From positions 1-55,099 of the forward strand of contig JAJXZH010000024.1 of the NCBI GenBank assembly GCA_021780155.1: a stretch of 55,099 nucleotides of DNA, written 5' to 3'. Origin of the DNA: a bacterium. Its GTDB lineage: Bacteria; Patescibacteriota; Minisyncoccia; UBA6257; JAGOQP01. Shown here piece by piece: positions 27,101 to 36,118 of this stretch (position 1 is its first letter; every line of letters begins with the position of its first letter). Under the pieces are notes generated by a model that saw only the letters and a list, made by a program, of their open reading frames with translations, was not told the origin of the DNA and ran no database searches. The position numbers and the translations under genes were made by a program.

Positions 27101-29950
27101 GGGCGCCGATTCTTTCCATCCGTCAGAAAATTTTTGGATTGATTTTCCGTTATCGTTGCCTCCCCATTCCGGTAAGTAATTTACCTCATCGATTTTCAAA
27201 TCGCCATTTTTTATGGCGATTATTTTACCGCTATTGTTAAGCGAAAAAGAGCTGTCAAACAAAGCAAAAGATTCATCATAAATTTGGCCATAAATTGCCG
27301 GATAATCCAGCTTGAATTGCTCGGCATCGTCGGCGATGACGGCATATTCTCCGGCACCGATAGTTGTCGGTCCTCCCCTTAAAGATAATAAATGCCCCGT
27401 TTCTCCTTCAAAAATTTTCCATTTTGCGATATCCACCGACGTTTCTCCGCTGTTATAAATTTCTATCCACTCCCGATTATTGTCGGCCCCTTTTGGGTTA
27501 TACATTATTTCATTTATAACAATCGGATAAAATTGCGGAGTTTCTTTGGGTGTCGGATTGTCTTGAGCGGTTTGAGAATTGGAAGTTGAATTAGTTGTTC
27601 CGCCTCCACCGGATGAATATCCAAAACTATTTTCGTTTTTGGGAGTGCCACCGATGGTCGCTGATGTATGCCAACCAAAAAAGTTTGAATTTCTTTCGGC
27701 GGTTCTTTTGGAAGAGACATCTCCCGAAGGCCAGTTGGGCGAGGCGATAATTTCGTCAATTAGTCGGCAATTGGCATCAAATAATCTCAGTCCGCTGTTT
27801 TCGTTTGCCAAAGACCCTGAATAAATCAAATCGGCCTTGATGTTGGCAACGGAGTTGTCGTCGGTTCTTTCCAATAATAAAAATTTTTCCGTATTTGAAT
27901 TTGGGGCAAATTTTATTTTTCCCAGATCTATTTCTATTTTGTTGTCTTTGCCTATCAGTTGGTAGCCGGACAGGTTCAATTCCGAGTTTGAAATATTTTT
28001 TAATTCAATCCACTCGTCATTTGAGCTATTTAGCGTTCCCATCCAAGCCACTTCGTTGATAATTAAATTTTTAAGCGACGGGGTTTGATTTTGACCCGAT
28101 GAAAATTGACAGAAGTTTTTTATTTCACTAGAAAGATTATTTGAAGTGTTGTTGTCGGCATTTGATTTGTCGGTTGTATTTTGATTTTCGGTATTGTCGC
28201 TATTTTGTTCTTCACTTGAGCTGGCGGTTGTGGTTGATGTTAAATTATTTGCTGTCGTGTCTTTTTTACAAGCCGGCCCCCAAAGTCCTAATTTTGATGC
28301 GCGAGCTGTCGTTTGCGCGTCCAAAAATTCTTGGTCTTTGGAATGTTTTTGACCGAAATTATAGGCGTAAGCATAACCTTCGGCAACCAATATTTCGTTT
28401 GCCAAATTATTGCCGTCCCAAACATAAGCCAACGTTCTGTCATATTTGTCGGTTCTTGTTCCGGGGATATATTCAAGGCGGACATTTTTGTTGAGCGTCA
28501 ATTCTTTGTTTCTTTGAAGGGCCTCTTCGGCAAAACAATCGCTTTTGCCTTGTCGGTAGGCAATTTCCGGAGCATCAATCCCGATGTAGCGGATAACCGT
28601 TCCGTTATCCAAAACTATCGTGTCGCCGTCTATCACTCGCGATACTTTGTATGTCTTGGTGGATTGGTTTTTGCTCGAACCGGTTGTTGTCGGCGGGGAA
28701 ATTTTATTGTTGATTGTGTTTTCGTTTGTTGCGGAATCAATCGGAGAGCTTGAGTTCTGAATCTGATTTTGCCCATCGGACGGGATTTGAGAAATTTCTT
28801 GAAAGTCGTTTCCACTTCCAAAAACTCCCAAAACAAAATTTTTGGCGGAGTTCCAACTATTTTTGACTGCATCAGCGGCTTGAGCCAAAAATGATGGAGA
28901 TTCTTTTTTGGCAAATGCTGGATTGTCTTTATTTTTTTCAACTTCGTTAAAAAATAAATTTATCGCTCCGGCGCTGTATTGAGTCGCTTTTTTTGATAAC
29001 AAGGACCAGTAGTCTTTTAAAACTTGATCTCCTCCAGATTTATTAACTGATAAGACATAATTTTCTTTACTTGATGAGACGGAATTTAATATGCTTTGTT
29101 TTTTAACAATTAAAATTTTATAAGTATTTCCAAATTGATCAGTTTTATATTCGTAATTATAATCGCCTTCTACTATTGGATAATCTGGTTGTGGCATTGA
29201 ATATCCGCTTTGAATTCCGATAGTGTCTTTGCTGTAAAAATTATTATTTGAGTAAGTCGCCATCCGGTCAAAATAAGAATTCAAGTCAGCCAATTCTATT
29301 GGTTTTGAATTTTTTATGCTTTGAGTTAGTAATGTGTCCGGATGGGATAAGGTATATTGAGTGGAATAATTTTCATAAGGACTATCTCCCGGATGGGGGT
29401 CGTTTCGGGTATGGTCGGGAACCGAAACATCCTGTATGAGGTGAGCGATGTGTCCTAAGGTAAACATCGCCATTTCTTTATCTCCTTGTATCCAATACTT
29501 CATTGCTTCGTTCCAGGTAAAATCCGCCGTTGGGAAAAACTTTTCTATTTTGCCCGATTGGATTGAAGAAAGTATAGTGGCGATTACCGGAGAATATTGA
29601 ATTCTGTTTTGATTGCCACCATCTTGCGCCCAGAGTTTTGATGCTTGCCAATCTCCCAGTTGGTAAAGGGGCTCTATTTTTCCGTCTTGAGAAAGCCCTC
29701 TATTATAAATTGGGTCATAAAAGTGATTCATCCAGCGGGGAGGGTCGTCTTCGCGTCTAACTCCGTCCAGCAGATATTTTTCAAGGTCGGAGTTTATTTT
29801 GCTTGAATAATTGTTATTAAATAGTTTTATAGCGGTGTCGGAAATAAATTCGTGAGTTCCGGAATCGTAAGCGAGGGTCAATTTGAAATTAAAAATAAAA
29901 AGTCCCAGTATTACCGGGACCAAAAAGATTACATATTTTCTATTTTCCAT
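24140..29950 (-). CDS. Large secreted multidomain protein: zinc phospholipase C/P1-nuclease-like domain, thermonuclease (SNase), three lamin-tail domains, FN3-like regions, Thr/Glu-rich tail
   Basis: Signal peptide; AYDSGTHE, NHFYDP, GHIAHLIQD, PDH; RVIDGDT, IGIDAPE, DKYDRTLAYV; IINEVAW, VINEIMYNP, VISEIQ. Confidence 0.85.
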   Translation of the reverse strand: MENRKYVIFLVPVILGLFIFNFKLTLAYDSGTHEFISDTAIKLFNNNYSSKINSDLEKYLLDGVRREDDPPRWMNHFYDPIYNRGLSQDGKIEPLYQLGDWQASKLWAQDGGNQNRIQYSPVIATILSSIQSGKIEKFFPTADFTWNEAMKYWIQGDKEMAMFTLGHIAHLIQDVSVPDHTRNDPHPGDSPYENYSTQYTLSHPDTLLTQSIKNSKPIELADLNSYFDRMATYSNNNFYSKDTIGIQSGYSMPQPDYPIVEGDYNYEYKTDQFGNTYKILIVKKQSILNSVSSSKENYVLSVNKSGGDQVLKDYWSLLSKKATQYSAGAINLFFNEVEKNKDNPAFAKKESPSFLAQAADAVKNSWNSAKNFVLGVFGSGNDFQEISQIPSDGQNQIQNSSSPIDSATNENTINNKISPPTTTGSSKNQSTKTYKVSRVIDGDTIVLDNGTVIRYIGIDAPEIAYRQGKSDCFAEEALQRNKELTLNKNVRLEYIPGTRTDKYDRTLAYVWDGNNLANEILVAEGYAYAYNFGQKHSKDQEFLDAQTTARASKLGLWGPACKKDTTANNLTSTTTASSSEEQNSDNTENQNTTDKSNADNNTSNNLSSEIKNFCQFSSGQNQTPSLKNLIINEVAWMGTLNSSNDEWIELKNISNSELNLSGYQLIGKDNKIEIDLGKIKFAPNSNTEKFLLLERTDDNSVANIKADLIYSGSLANENSGLRLFDANCRLIDEIIASPNWPSGDVSSKRTAERNSNFFGWHTSATIGGTPKNENSFGYSSGGGGTTNSTSNSQTAQDNPTPKETPQFYPIVINEIMYNPKGADNNREWIEIYNSGETSVDIAKWKIFEGETGHLLSLRGGPTTIGAGEYAVIADDAEQFKLDYPAIYGQIYDESFALFDSSFSLNNSGKIIAIKNGDLKIDEVNYLPEWGGNDNGKSIQKFSDGWKESAPTPGKENIFSQTQKYSGTPTHLVISEIQTDGQNPDDEFIELYNPTQNPISLKGYSLQYLSGQATSTHNIHFLAKINEDIVVPPLKFFLLANKDGIYSQKNPDLIYSYSLSKSSAIVFLSNSIEPIPSENDLSIIDYIAYGDVNLPNVFSVTAPDSNQSAERLALSGNFCVSPKNEGEFLGNGCKTGMPEGDFEIRQNPRPQGLLNLAEPRNAPLAVENFSLSYSTTSLILSASWQTTSSSEIISTSTSSSTISENNKLTYKIVDDKENEIGQTASSSISKNVDEIGRDYFWSILAMDAEGLSSPTTTASIYFPSFLDSLDFFKQKDSNGNEGYYLEGRYSQYPFVPNLYAPRGNLNGSILVFFLNHEAAKEPMIEGGYKTQSQEIAASLLTVDYNHCAAYPGPLNMFMSADVLDPCPLYCLMSGTPSKEYFEDKSFLLKALPQKELSENDYVTVAFYAYDHSSVWSGWEEILKLAAIDKTKHYLKYPAPKHYPPEKIQNFAVKLHDEEIYNPHVFLTWDDTTDKDSVDKLITYEYAVSTSTDSTSTETENNSSLLWNKTYKQYAISNGNLFQTGPEISLGDAGKYKFYLRAKDNFGLPSEVSSFILDFNPPQFIAGTTEKYPWDRTYDIATTENSNQIYKIGEKINIKNPSKITELLLEAHNIKQFWNQTIPPSSFDARISISLIDGTSSDPNNGLTEIYSKVITQIPALYYFEQKIFDIKMDQSLLLTPGNYFFEVKTLNGDVSNRDQGLSISMANNTPTETNVYVFRKPGSSGVDWAEHSTKDIFFRLFGYPQTITEMANLLSQPKNQSIKIKGIFDQTTSTLATTTEATSTENDNASSSLKELDIVVKNENQDLLPVNSTSTINNLANDEKLNTNESNLIVVSPESENSLDENLEIIETELLNLATTTQTTTEIIENDFAKTAEEATTTQTTTTEEIKINEVELLTTTTTSETQNETNTATTSEIVSSPSKNQETITITTTTEI

Positions 29951-30516
29951 ACGTTTGAGTATTTATTTAATATTAAATTTATGTCATAAAGTAATTTTCC
30001 TTCTGCGTTTCTTATTTCAAATCCAAATTTTCCGTCAGTCCATGATCCCGCCGGAGTTGCTTTTGATAGCAGATTAACAACGTCATTTAATTTTCCAGAC
30101 AGTTTCAGTTCATTGAGATTACTTAACCAATTAGCATTCCTCGTCCCGTCATCGTCTAACAAAAAATAATTTGACGCCAGATCAACATTTCCGTTTTTAA
30201 GAGCTTCAATAAATAAATTTAAGGTGTCTTGCGGTGTCGCTCCTCCGTAAGTGTCGGCTTCCATAGCTGCCTCGTATTTTTGTTGGAAATTAAGATATTT
30301 TTGGTAGTTTGCTTCCGATTGGCGAGCGTATCGCGCCGATGGGCTCAAATAGTTTTCCCAAGAATAATATCCTCCGGCAATTAAAATCAAAATTCCCAAA
30401 AAAATTGAAGCAAATATAATAAGGTGTTTTCTTTTTGGTCCTTTTTTAAAACCGGAAGAAACAAACCCATCTTGAGAATATTCTCCCGAAACAAAATCAT
30501 TTTTTTTATCATCCAT
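29929..30516 (-). CDS. Hypothetical membrane-anchored protein overlapping the start of the large secreted protein gene
   Basis: Single TM helix; DTYGGATPQDTLNLFIEALK motif; 22-bp overlap. Confidence 0.7.
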   Translation of the reverse strand: MDDKKNDFVSGEYSQDGFVSSGFKKGPKRKHLIIFASIFLGILILIAGGYYSWENYLSPSARYARQSEANYQKYLNFQQKYEAAMEADTYGGATPQDTLNLFIEALKNGNVDLASNYFLLDDDGTRNANWLSNLNELKLSGKLNDVVNLLSKATPAGSWTDGKFGFEIRNAEGKLLYDINLILNKYSNVWKIENM

Positions 30517-30692
30517 ATATTTTATTGGTTAATTTTAAGCGCAAAAAATCCATCGCGAGGATGGATGTTAAAAGACGGTAAACAAAGCTAATAAAAAAAG
30601 CGCCCCCTTCTGCAATTAAATCGGTAAATGAGTGAAAATATTTTGCTCATTTTTTATATTATATCACCACTTTTCATTGATAGCGGTAGATT

Positions 30693-30701
30693 TGTGGATA
30701 A
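30693..30701 (-). promoter_or_regulatory. Perfect DnaA box upstream of the winged-helix gene
   Basis: TGTGGATAA about 30 bp upstream of TTGACA (30731)-N17-TATGTT. Confidence 0.5.
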
Positions 30702-30767
30702 CTCTCCTTAATTGTAAATTTTAGCAAACATTGACATAAACAAATTTTAGTTTTATGTTTTGATTAA

Positions 30768-31682
30768 ATGTATAGCAAAGAATTTTTTATACAAAGGTCT
30801 TTTGAAGTTGTTTGGGCGGTTTTTAGGGTCGCCGAACACACAACCAGACAAAAAATAAAACAAGGTCTCGAAGACAAGGCGGTTGATTATTTATTGGCAA
30901 AGGATTTGATGACTTTGGATGGATTGGAAGAGGTTGTTCGCCTTTCGGGACAAATAAAAGAAATCAATCAAATAAATACCAGTGTTCTTTTGAGAGAAAT
31001 AGGAAATTTAAGAGCGGCGATGTTGGAACTTGATGGCACCCAGAGAAAACAACTCGCGTCGGCCATCACTCCGGAAAATGCGCCAAAAATTGAAGAAGTC
31101 TTTTCTCGTCCGCCGATGAGAGTTTCGGATTTGATAGAAATTATGAAAAAGAGCGGTTTTGAGATAAAAGAAAGTAAGGTGGAAGAAAAAGAACCGGCTC
31201 CAAAAGATTATTTGGAAAAAAATTTATTGGAAACAAACAAATCAACGCAGACGAATAATATTTATTTTGGCAAAAGTCCGGCAAGGGAAGAAATCAATTT
31301 TGTAAAGGAAAAGCAGGAAGAAATTAAATATGAGCATAAAGAGTCCGGCAAGGAAGAAATAAATAGTCCGGCAAGGGAAGAAAGTCCGGCAACTGCCAAT
31401 CTAAATAGTCCGGCAAGGCAGGAATCCGGCAAGGAAGAAATAAAAAGTCCGGCAAGCAAAAAAGATAGATTTGAAGCTATTATTGGTTTTAAGGAGAGAA
31501 ACTCAATTATAATGGAGGTTTTAAACAAGAGATCTCTTTGCCATACCAAAGATTTAGTTGATGCTTTGCCGAATATCAGCGAAAGAACGGTAAGATACGA
31601 CATTCAACGCCTTGTTGATAAGGGAATAATAGAGAGAGTCGGTACTGGTGGTCCCAATTCGTTTTTCAGAATCAAAAAATAA
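30768..31682 (+). CDS. Protein with a C-terminal winged helix-turn-helix (DeoR-like) and an internal repeat linker
   Basis: C-terminus ERNSIIMEVL...ISERTVRYDIQRLVDKGIIERVG; SPAR/ESGK repeats. Confidence 0.8.
   Translation: MYSKEFFIQRSFEVVWAVFRVAEHTTRQKIKQGLEDKAVDYLLAKDLMTLDGLEEVVRLSGQIKEINQINTSVLLREIGNLRAAMLELDGTQRKQLASAITPENAPKIEEVFSRPPMRVSDLIEIMKKSGFEIKESKVEEKEPAPKDYLEKNLLETNKSTQTNNIYFGKSPAREEINFVKEKQEEIKYEHKESGKEEINSPAREESPATANLNSPARQESGKEEIKSPASKKDRFEAIIGFKERNSIIMEVLNKRSLCHTKDLVDALPNISERTVRYDIQRLVDKGIIERVGTGGPNSFFRIKK
31275..31456 (+). repeat. Seven direct copies of A(G/A)TCCGGCAA(G) within the wHTH gene
   Basis: Copies start at 31275, 31342, 31365, 31383, 31407, 31423 and 31446. Confidence 0.85.
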
Positions 31683-31902
31683 CGTTATAAATGGTAAAAA
31701 ACGATAAAAACGTTAAAACATCAGGGAAAACCTTAGCTATTCTTGAAATTATCGGGTCAGTTGGAAATAACAGGAGAAAACGCATAATCGCATAATATAG
31801 AGCAATATGACCTGTAACGTCTTTGGTTATTCTTCGTTTTTATTATTTGTAACCAACAAAGTCGGTAGTTTATTTTCAAAATAAGCGCAATCAATTAACT
31901 AT

Positions 31903-31932
31903 TTGACATTTTGTAATTGATTCGTTTATACT
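31903..31932 (+). promoter_or_regulatory. Sigma70-type promoter, probably for the S-layer-like gene
   Basis: TTGACA-N18-TATACT. Confidence 0.55.
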
Positions 31933-32120
31933 GAAAATGTTACAAGTTAATAGTTCCGTTCTTTCAAATAATATTTGAAGGAGTGAGGCGGAGCACAAGC
32001 AAGATATAGTCGGCTTTATTGCCGAATATTCACTGCTGATTTATCGCCTCACGAAAGTGAGGATTTTTATTTTTATAAATTCCTCGCTCACCTCGCTTGG
32101 CGACGTGAATCAGATAGGCA

Positions 32121-32331
32121 CAAGCTTGGAATGACAGGCGTGTGTCATCCCGTTGGAAAACGGGATCCAGGAGTCACAAGAACAAAACTCTGGATTCCAA
32201 ATCAAGTTTGGAATGACAAGCTAAACAAAAATCTGGATTCCAAATCAAGTTTGGAATGACAAGCTAAACAAAAATCTGGATTCCAAATCAAGTTTGGAAT
32301 GACAGATTTAGAATGACAGAAAAGAATGACA
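32121..32331. repeat. Palindromic (REP/RPE/dRS3-like) repeat array upstream of the S-layer-like gene
   Basis: TGGATTCCAAATCAAGTTTGGAATGACA units at a 43-bp period, plus GTCATCCCGTTGGAAAACGGGATCCAGG. Confidence 0.85.
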
Positions 32332-32770
32332 GGGGAAAACATATAAATATATAAAAAAATCTTGTTCGGTGCTAAATTCTAAAAAATTGGAATTTAACAC
32401 GGACCAAGATTTGGTCCAAAAAGAAATCAAGAATGTTAAGAATAAATTGATGGAGGATAGTTTATGAATGTAATCCGAAATTGATGTTAACCTGCGTCGA
32501 CTCGTCAAAGATGAGTTGAAAAATTTTAATTTGCCTCGCGTTTGTTTTTGTTAATTTTTGTAAAAAATATCCGTCCTTGTTTTTTAAATAAAATAAGGAC
32601 AGCACTTAATTTATTATAGGAGCTCTTCTGATTATTAACTTGCTGATGCGTCCTCACCGATGAAGCAGTGGGTCGATAATAATACGAGAATAGCTTTCTG
32701 AAATCCAATTTAATTTTGAATTAAATTTAGTCAAAAATAAAATAATAATGTATTTTCTGTAAAACCTAAA

Positions 32771-35700
32771 ATGAGTACTGCAAAAAAATTAGCAGTCGTT
32801 GTGTTATCAATCGTTATGGTTTTTGGAGCTTTTAGCTTTAATGCTAATGCTCAAACAACCACTGACTTGCAAACGCAGATCGCGACCTTGCTCGCTCAGA
32901 TAAATGCTTTGAAATCACAAATGGCTGCTTCACAAGGAGGCACTACATCTTCTTCTTATAGCTTCACCAAGGACCTCACCCTCGGTAGCAGAGGAGCTGA
33001 TGTTTCTGCTCTTCAGCAAATTTTGATAGATGGCGGATTTCTTAAAATCTCCGCTCCGACCGGATACTTTGGTGCGATGACCAAAGCCGCGTTGGCAAAA
33101 TATCAGGCAGCGAATTCAATTTCGCCTGCCGCCGGATACTTTGGCCCTAAAACCAGAGCATTCATAGCATCGCAAACAACCGGAACAACCGGAACAACCG
33201 GAACGACTGGAACTACCACTGGAACAACCGTTCCTGCAACTGGTGGATTTAGCGTTTCGTTGGCTTCGGACAACCCGAGTGCTTCAAATATTCCTGTTAA
33301 TGGAGGAAATATTCCGATGTTGAAACTTAATTTCAGCGCGGGAGCTACTCCGGTAAATGTAACTTCTTTCCAAGTTACAAGAAGTGGACTTTCTGCCGAT
33401 ACTGACCTTCAAAATGTTTATCTCTATCAAGGAGGAACAAAGTTGGCCAGCAATATGGGGATTTCTAACGGCGTAATCAACTTTAGTCAATCTACTGGAC
33501 TCTTTACGGTTCCAGCAAATTCTACGATTGAAGTTACTGTTTCCGCCGATATCACCAACAATTCAGGTTCCGCCAGTCATGTAATGTCATTTGGCGTCGC
33601 CTCGGCTTCGGCTATTACCGCTTCAGGTTCCACGACCGTTTCGGGAACTTTCCCAATCAATGGAAATCCGATGTCGTTGGTTTACATTTCTAATATCGGA
33701 TCATTGCAAATTACCAATTCAACTTACTCGTCAACAAATGTTAATGCCGGACAAACGGGATATTTAATTGGACAAGTTAATTTGCAAGCTGTTGGAAGCG
33801 ACCCGATCAAAGTCAGCTTGCTTCGATTTACTGATATCGGAAGTGTCGGCTCTTCGGCTTTGCAAAATCTTAAGTTGATGAATGGTAATACCCAATTGGG
33901 AAACACTATTTCAGCTCTTGATTCAAGCAATGTGGCATTATTTGACTTATCGTCAAATCCGCTTATGCTTGCTGCCGGACAGACGGTTACTTTGGGAGTT
34001 TATGCGGATGTTATGCCAACCTCTAACAGCGTTGGAAGAACTTTCCAATTTACTCTTCAGCAACCTTCGGATATTAGCGCTGTTGATAATATGTACAGCG
34101 TTGGTCTTTTGCCTACCATTAACGGAACTGTTAATGGATCTTCGGCAAATTCGTGGCCTGTTTCTCTCTATAACATAACTGTGAATAACGGAGGATTGGT
34201 TATGTCTTTGGACTCAACCTCTCCTTCAACTTACGTTGTTGCGGGAAACACTCATCAAGTTATTGCTAAATTTGACGTGTTGGCATCAGGCGACACCGTT
34301 AGATTGAACGACTTGGTCTTTAAGATTTCTGGAAGCACAACTTCAACTTTGAACAATGTTCAAATTATGGGTTCTTCCGGACAACTTGGAACCACGGCTT
34401 CAACTTATGTAATGGGGTCAAGTCTTGATCTTAACACCAGCAATTCTTTGAACTATATGATTGCGGCTAATAAAACCGATGTCATAACCGTTTATGCCGA
34501 TATTCCAGTCGGAGTTACAGGAACAATGACTGCTCAAATCGTTTCTGGCTCGGCTCAAAGCAATACCAGTTATGCATCTGTTGCAGTTGGTGGAGTAACA
34601 AGTAATTCTTTGAATGTCTTGTCGTCTACTTCCAATTTGACTGCTGCCATAAACTATGGTTTGGGATCTCCGACAGTTTCTGCTGGTCAACAAGGAGCTC
34701 AATTGGCTTCATTCAATTTGACCGCCGGACAAGTTAATGATATTTCCTTGTCGGGAGTTACGGTTCAATTGGCTAACAATGCCAGTCTTGCTTCCGAACT
34801 TTCAAACTTTGTTGTGAAAGTTAACGGAAACGCTATTGGTCAAACTACAGCTTTGATGAATGCAAATTCCAGTCAGACATTCAGCGCTGCTGCTCCGATT
34901 GTAGTCAAAGCCGGAACAACTGCCGAAGTTGATGTTTATGCCAATCTTTCCAACACCTTGACGGCTACCGGAACATTTAACCCAGTCTTTACCTTGTCTT
35001 CGGTTAACGCCAATGTTGTTAATGGAAACAGTGTTTCTGTTTCATCTGTTCCTGGTCAATCAGTTCTCTTAACGACCGGAGGAGCTCTTAGCGCTGTCAT
35101 TGATGGAGCTTCGGCTCAATCTCAGTATGTTGGAATGGGTGTAAGCAACAATTCGTTGGCTACATACAGATTCAATACTGACACCAATGGTTCGGCTACT
35201 TTGACTCAGGTTGTTGTTCAAGACAGCCCGAGTGCGTCAGCTTCAACAACCACTTCCACGAGTGGAGGAGACTTCGTCAGCTACGCGTTGATGCAAGGCA
35301 CCACTCAGTTGGCTAGTGGAACATACGCAAATGGTTTTGTAACCTTTAACTTGAGCGGATTAAGCATCCCTGTTAACAGCTACGCTTCTTTGAGCGTTGT
35401 TGCTTCCTCGAATGTTTATCCTTATGCTTCATCTTCTGCCGCTCATGCTATGTGGTTGAGTTCATTCCAGTACACCACTCCAGCCGGATCTCACACAGTG
35501 ACTCCGTCTAGTGTCCACGGAAATCTATTCACGATTTACCGCTCGGTATTGGGTGTAACTCAAGGAGCTAACGTCACCGCTCCGACCTCAATTTCTGGAG
35601 GTTCGGGATATGCCGTGGCTCAGTTCAACTTTGCGGCATCGCAATACGATACATTTGTAAAGCAATTAACGGTTTCTAACGCTGGTACACTTGTTCAAAG

Positions 35701-36016
35701 TTCTACCACTGTCGTTCTTAACCTTTATGCTTCAAACAATCCTTCGTTATTGCTTGCTACAACGACTCTTTCTGGAACTGCTACTAATACTTTGACTTTG
35801 AGTCCAGTTTTGGACATTCCTTCTGGTCAATCGTATACTCTGACATTGAAACTTGGAGCAGTAACCAATACGGCATCAGTAACTTCAGGCACCGGTTCAT
35901 ATCAGGTGTCACTCAATGGAGTTAAATGGAACGACAGCATTCTTGATGTGAGCACTTTGTCTCCATCAATTACCTTGCCTGTTCCTGGCCAATCAATCAC
36001 TGGTTTATCTAACTAA
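32771..36016 (+). CDS. S-layer-like surface protein with an N-terminal peptidoglycan-binding domain
   Basis: Signal peptide (ANA-Q), DLTLGSRGADVSALQ...TGYFG...GYFGPKTR, TGT linker repeats, Ser/Thr/Asn-rich beta-type body. Confidence 0.8.
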   Translation: MSTAKKLAVVVLSIVMVFGAFSFNANAQTTTDLQTQIATLLAQINALKSQMAASQGGTTSSSYSFTKDLTLGSRGADVSALQQILIDGGFLKISAPTGYFGAMTKAALAKYQAANSISPAAGYFGPKTRAFIASQTTGTTGTTGTTGTTTGTTVPATGGFSVSLASDNPSASNIPVNGGNIPMLKLNFSAGATPVNVTSFQVTRSGLSADTDLQNVYLYQGGTKLASNMGISNGVINFSQSTGLFTVPANSTIEVTVSADITNNSGSASHVMSFGVASASAITASGSTTVSGTFPINGNPMSLVYISNIGSLQITNSTYSSTNVNAGQTGYLIGQVNLQAVGSDPIKVSLLRFTDIGSVGSSALQNLKLMNGNTQLGNTISALDSSNVALFDLSSNPLMLAAGQTVTLGVYADVMPTSNSVGRTFQFTLQQPSDISAVDNMYSVGLLPTINGTVNGSSANSWPVSLYNITVNNGGLVMSLDSTSPSTYVVAGNTHQVIAKFDVLASGDTVRLNDLVFKISGSTTSTLNNVQIMGSSGQLGTTASTYVMGSSLDLNTSNSLNYMIAANKTDVITVYADIPVGVTGTMTAQIVSGSAQSNTSYASVAVGGVTSNSLNVLSSTSNLTAAINYGLGSPTVSAGQQGAQLASFNLTAGQVNDISLSGVTVQLANNASLASELSNFVVKVNGNAIGQTTALMNANSSQTFSAAAPIVVKAGTTAEVDVYANLSNTLTATGTFNPVFTLSSVNANVVNGNSVSVSSVPGQSVLLTTGGALSAVIDGASAQSQYVGMGVSNNSLATYRFNTDTNGSATLTQVVVQDSPSASASTTTSTSGGDFVSYALMQGTTQLASGTYANGFVTFNLSGLSIPVNSYASLSVVASSNVYPYASSSAAHAMWLSSFQYTTPAGSHTVTPSSVHGNLFTIYRSVLGVTQGANVTAPTSISGGSGYAVAQFNFAASQYDTFVKQLTVSNAGTLVQSSTTVVLNLYASNNPSLLLATTTLSGTATNTLTLSPVLDIPSGQSYTLTLKLGAVTNTASVTSGTGSYQVSLNGVKWNDSILDVSTLSPSITLPVPGQSITGLSN

Positions 36017-36061
36017 CATTAGATAAAGAGTCGATTCGTTTACCGATGTCGTATAATCGGA

Positions 36062-36093
36062 AACAAAAATCCGCCTTTGGGCGGATTTTTGTT
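36062..36093 (+). terminator. Intrinsic terminator after the S-layer-like gene
   Basis: AACAAAAATCCGCC-TTTG-GGCGGATTTTTGTT. Confidence 0.8.
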
Positions 36094-36118
36094 GGGTTCG
36101 TGTTTTAAACTTGATTTA

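Noticed and set aside
32189-32304. Possible CRISPR array (palindromic repeat with a 43-bp period)
   Set aside because: The intervening sequences are identical and only about 14 bp, and no cas genes are present; better explained as a REP-like tandem repeat.
32640-32706. Possible hammerhead ribozyme (CTGATG...GAAA)
   Set aside because: The core reads CTGATGC rather than CTGATGA, and I could not build the three required stems.
33174-33240. ACAACCGGA tandem repeats
   Set aside because: In-frame Thr-Thr-Gly linker of the surface protein with synonymous variation; a protein-level repeat.
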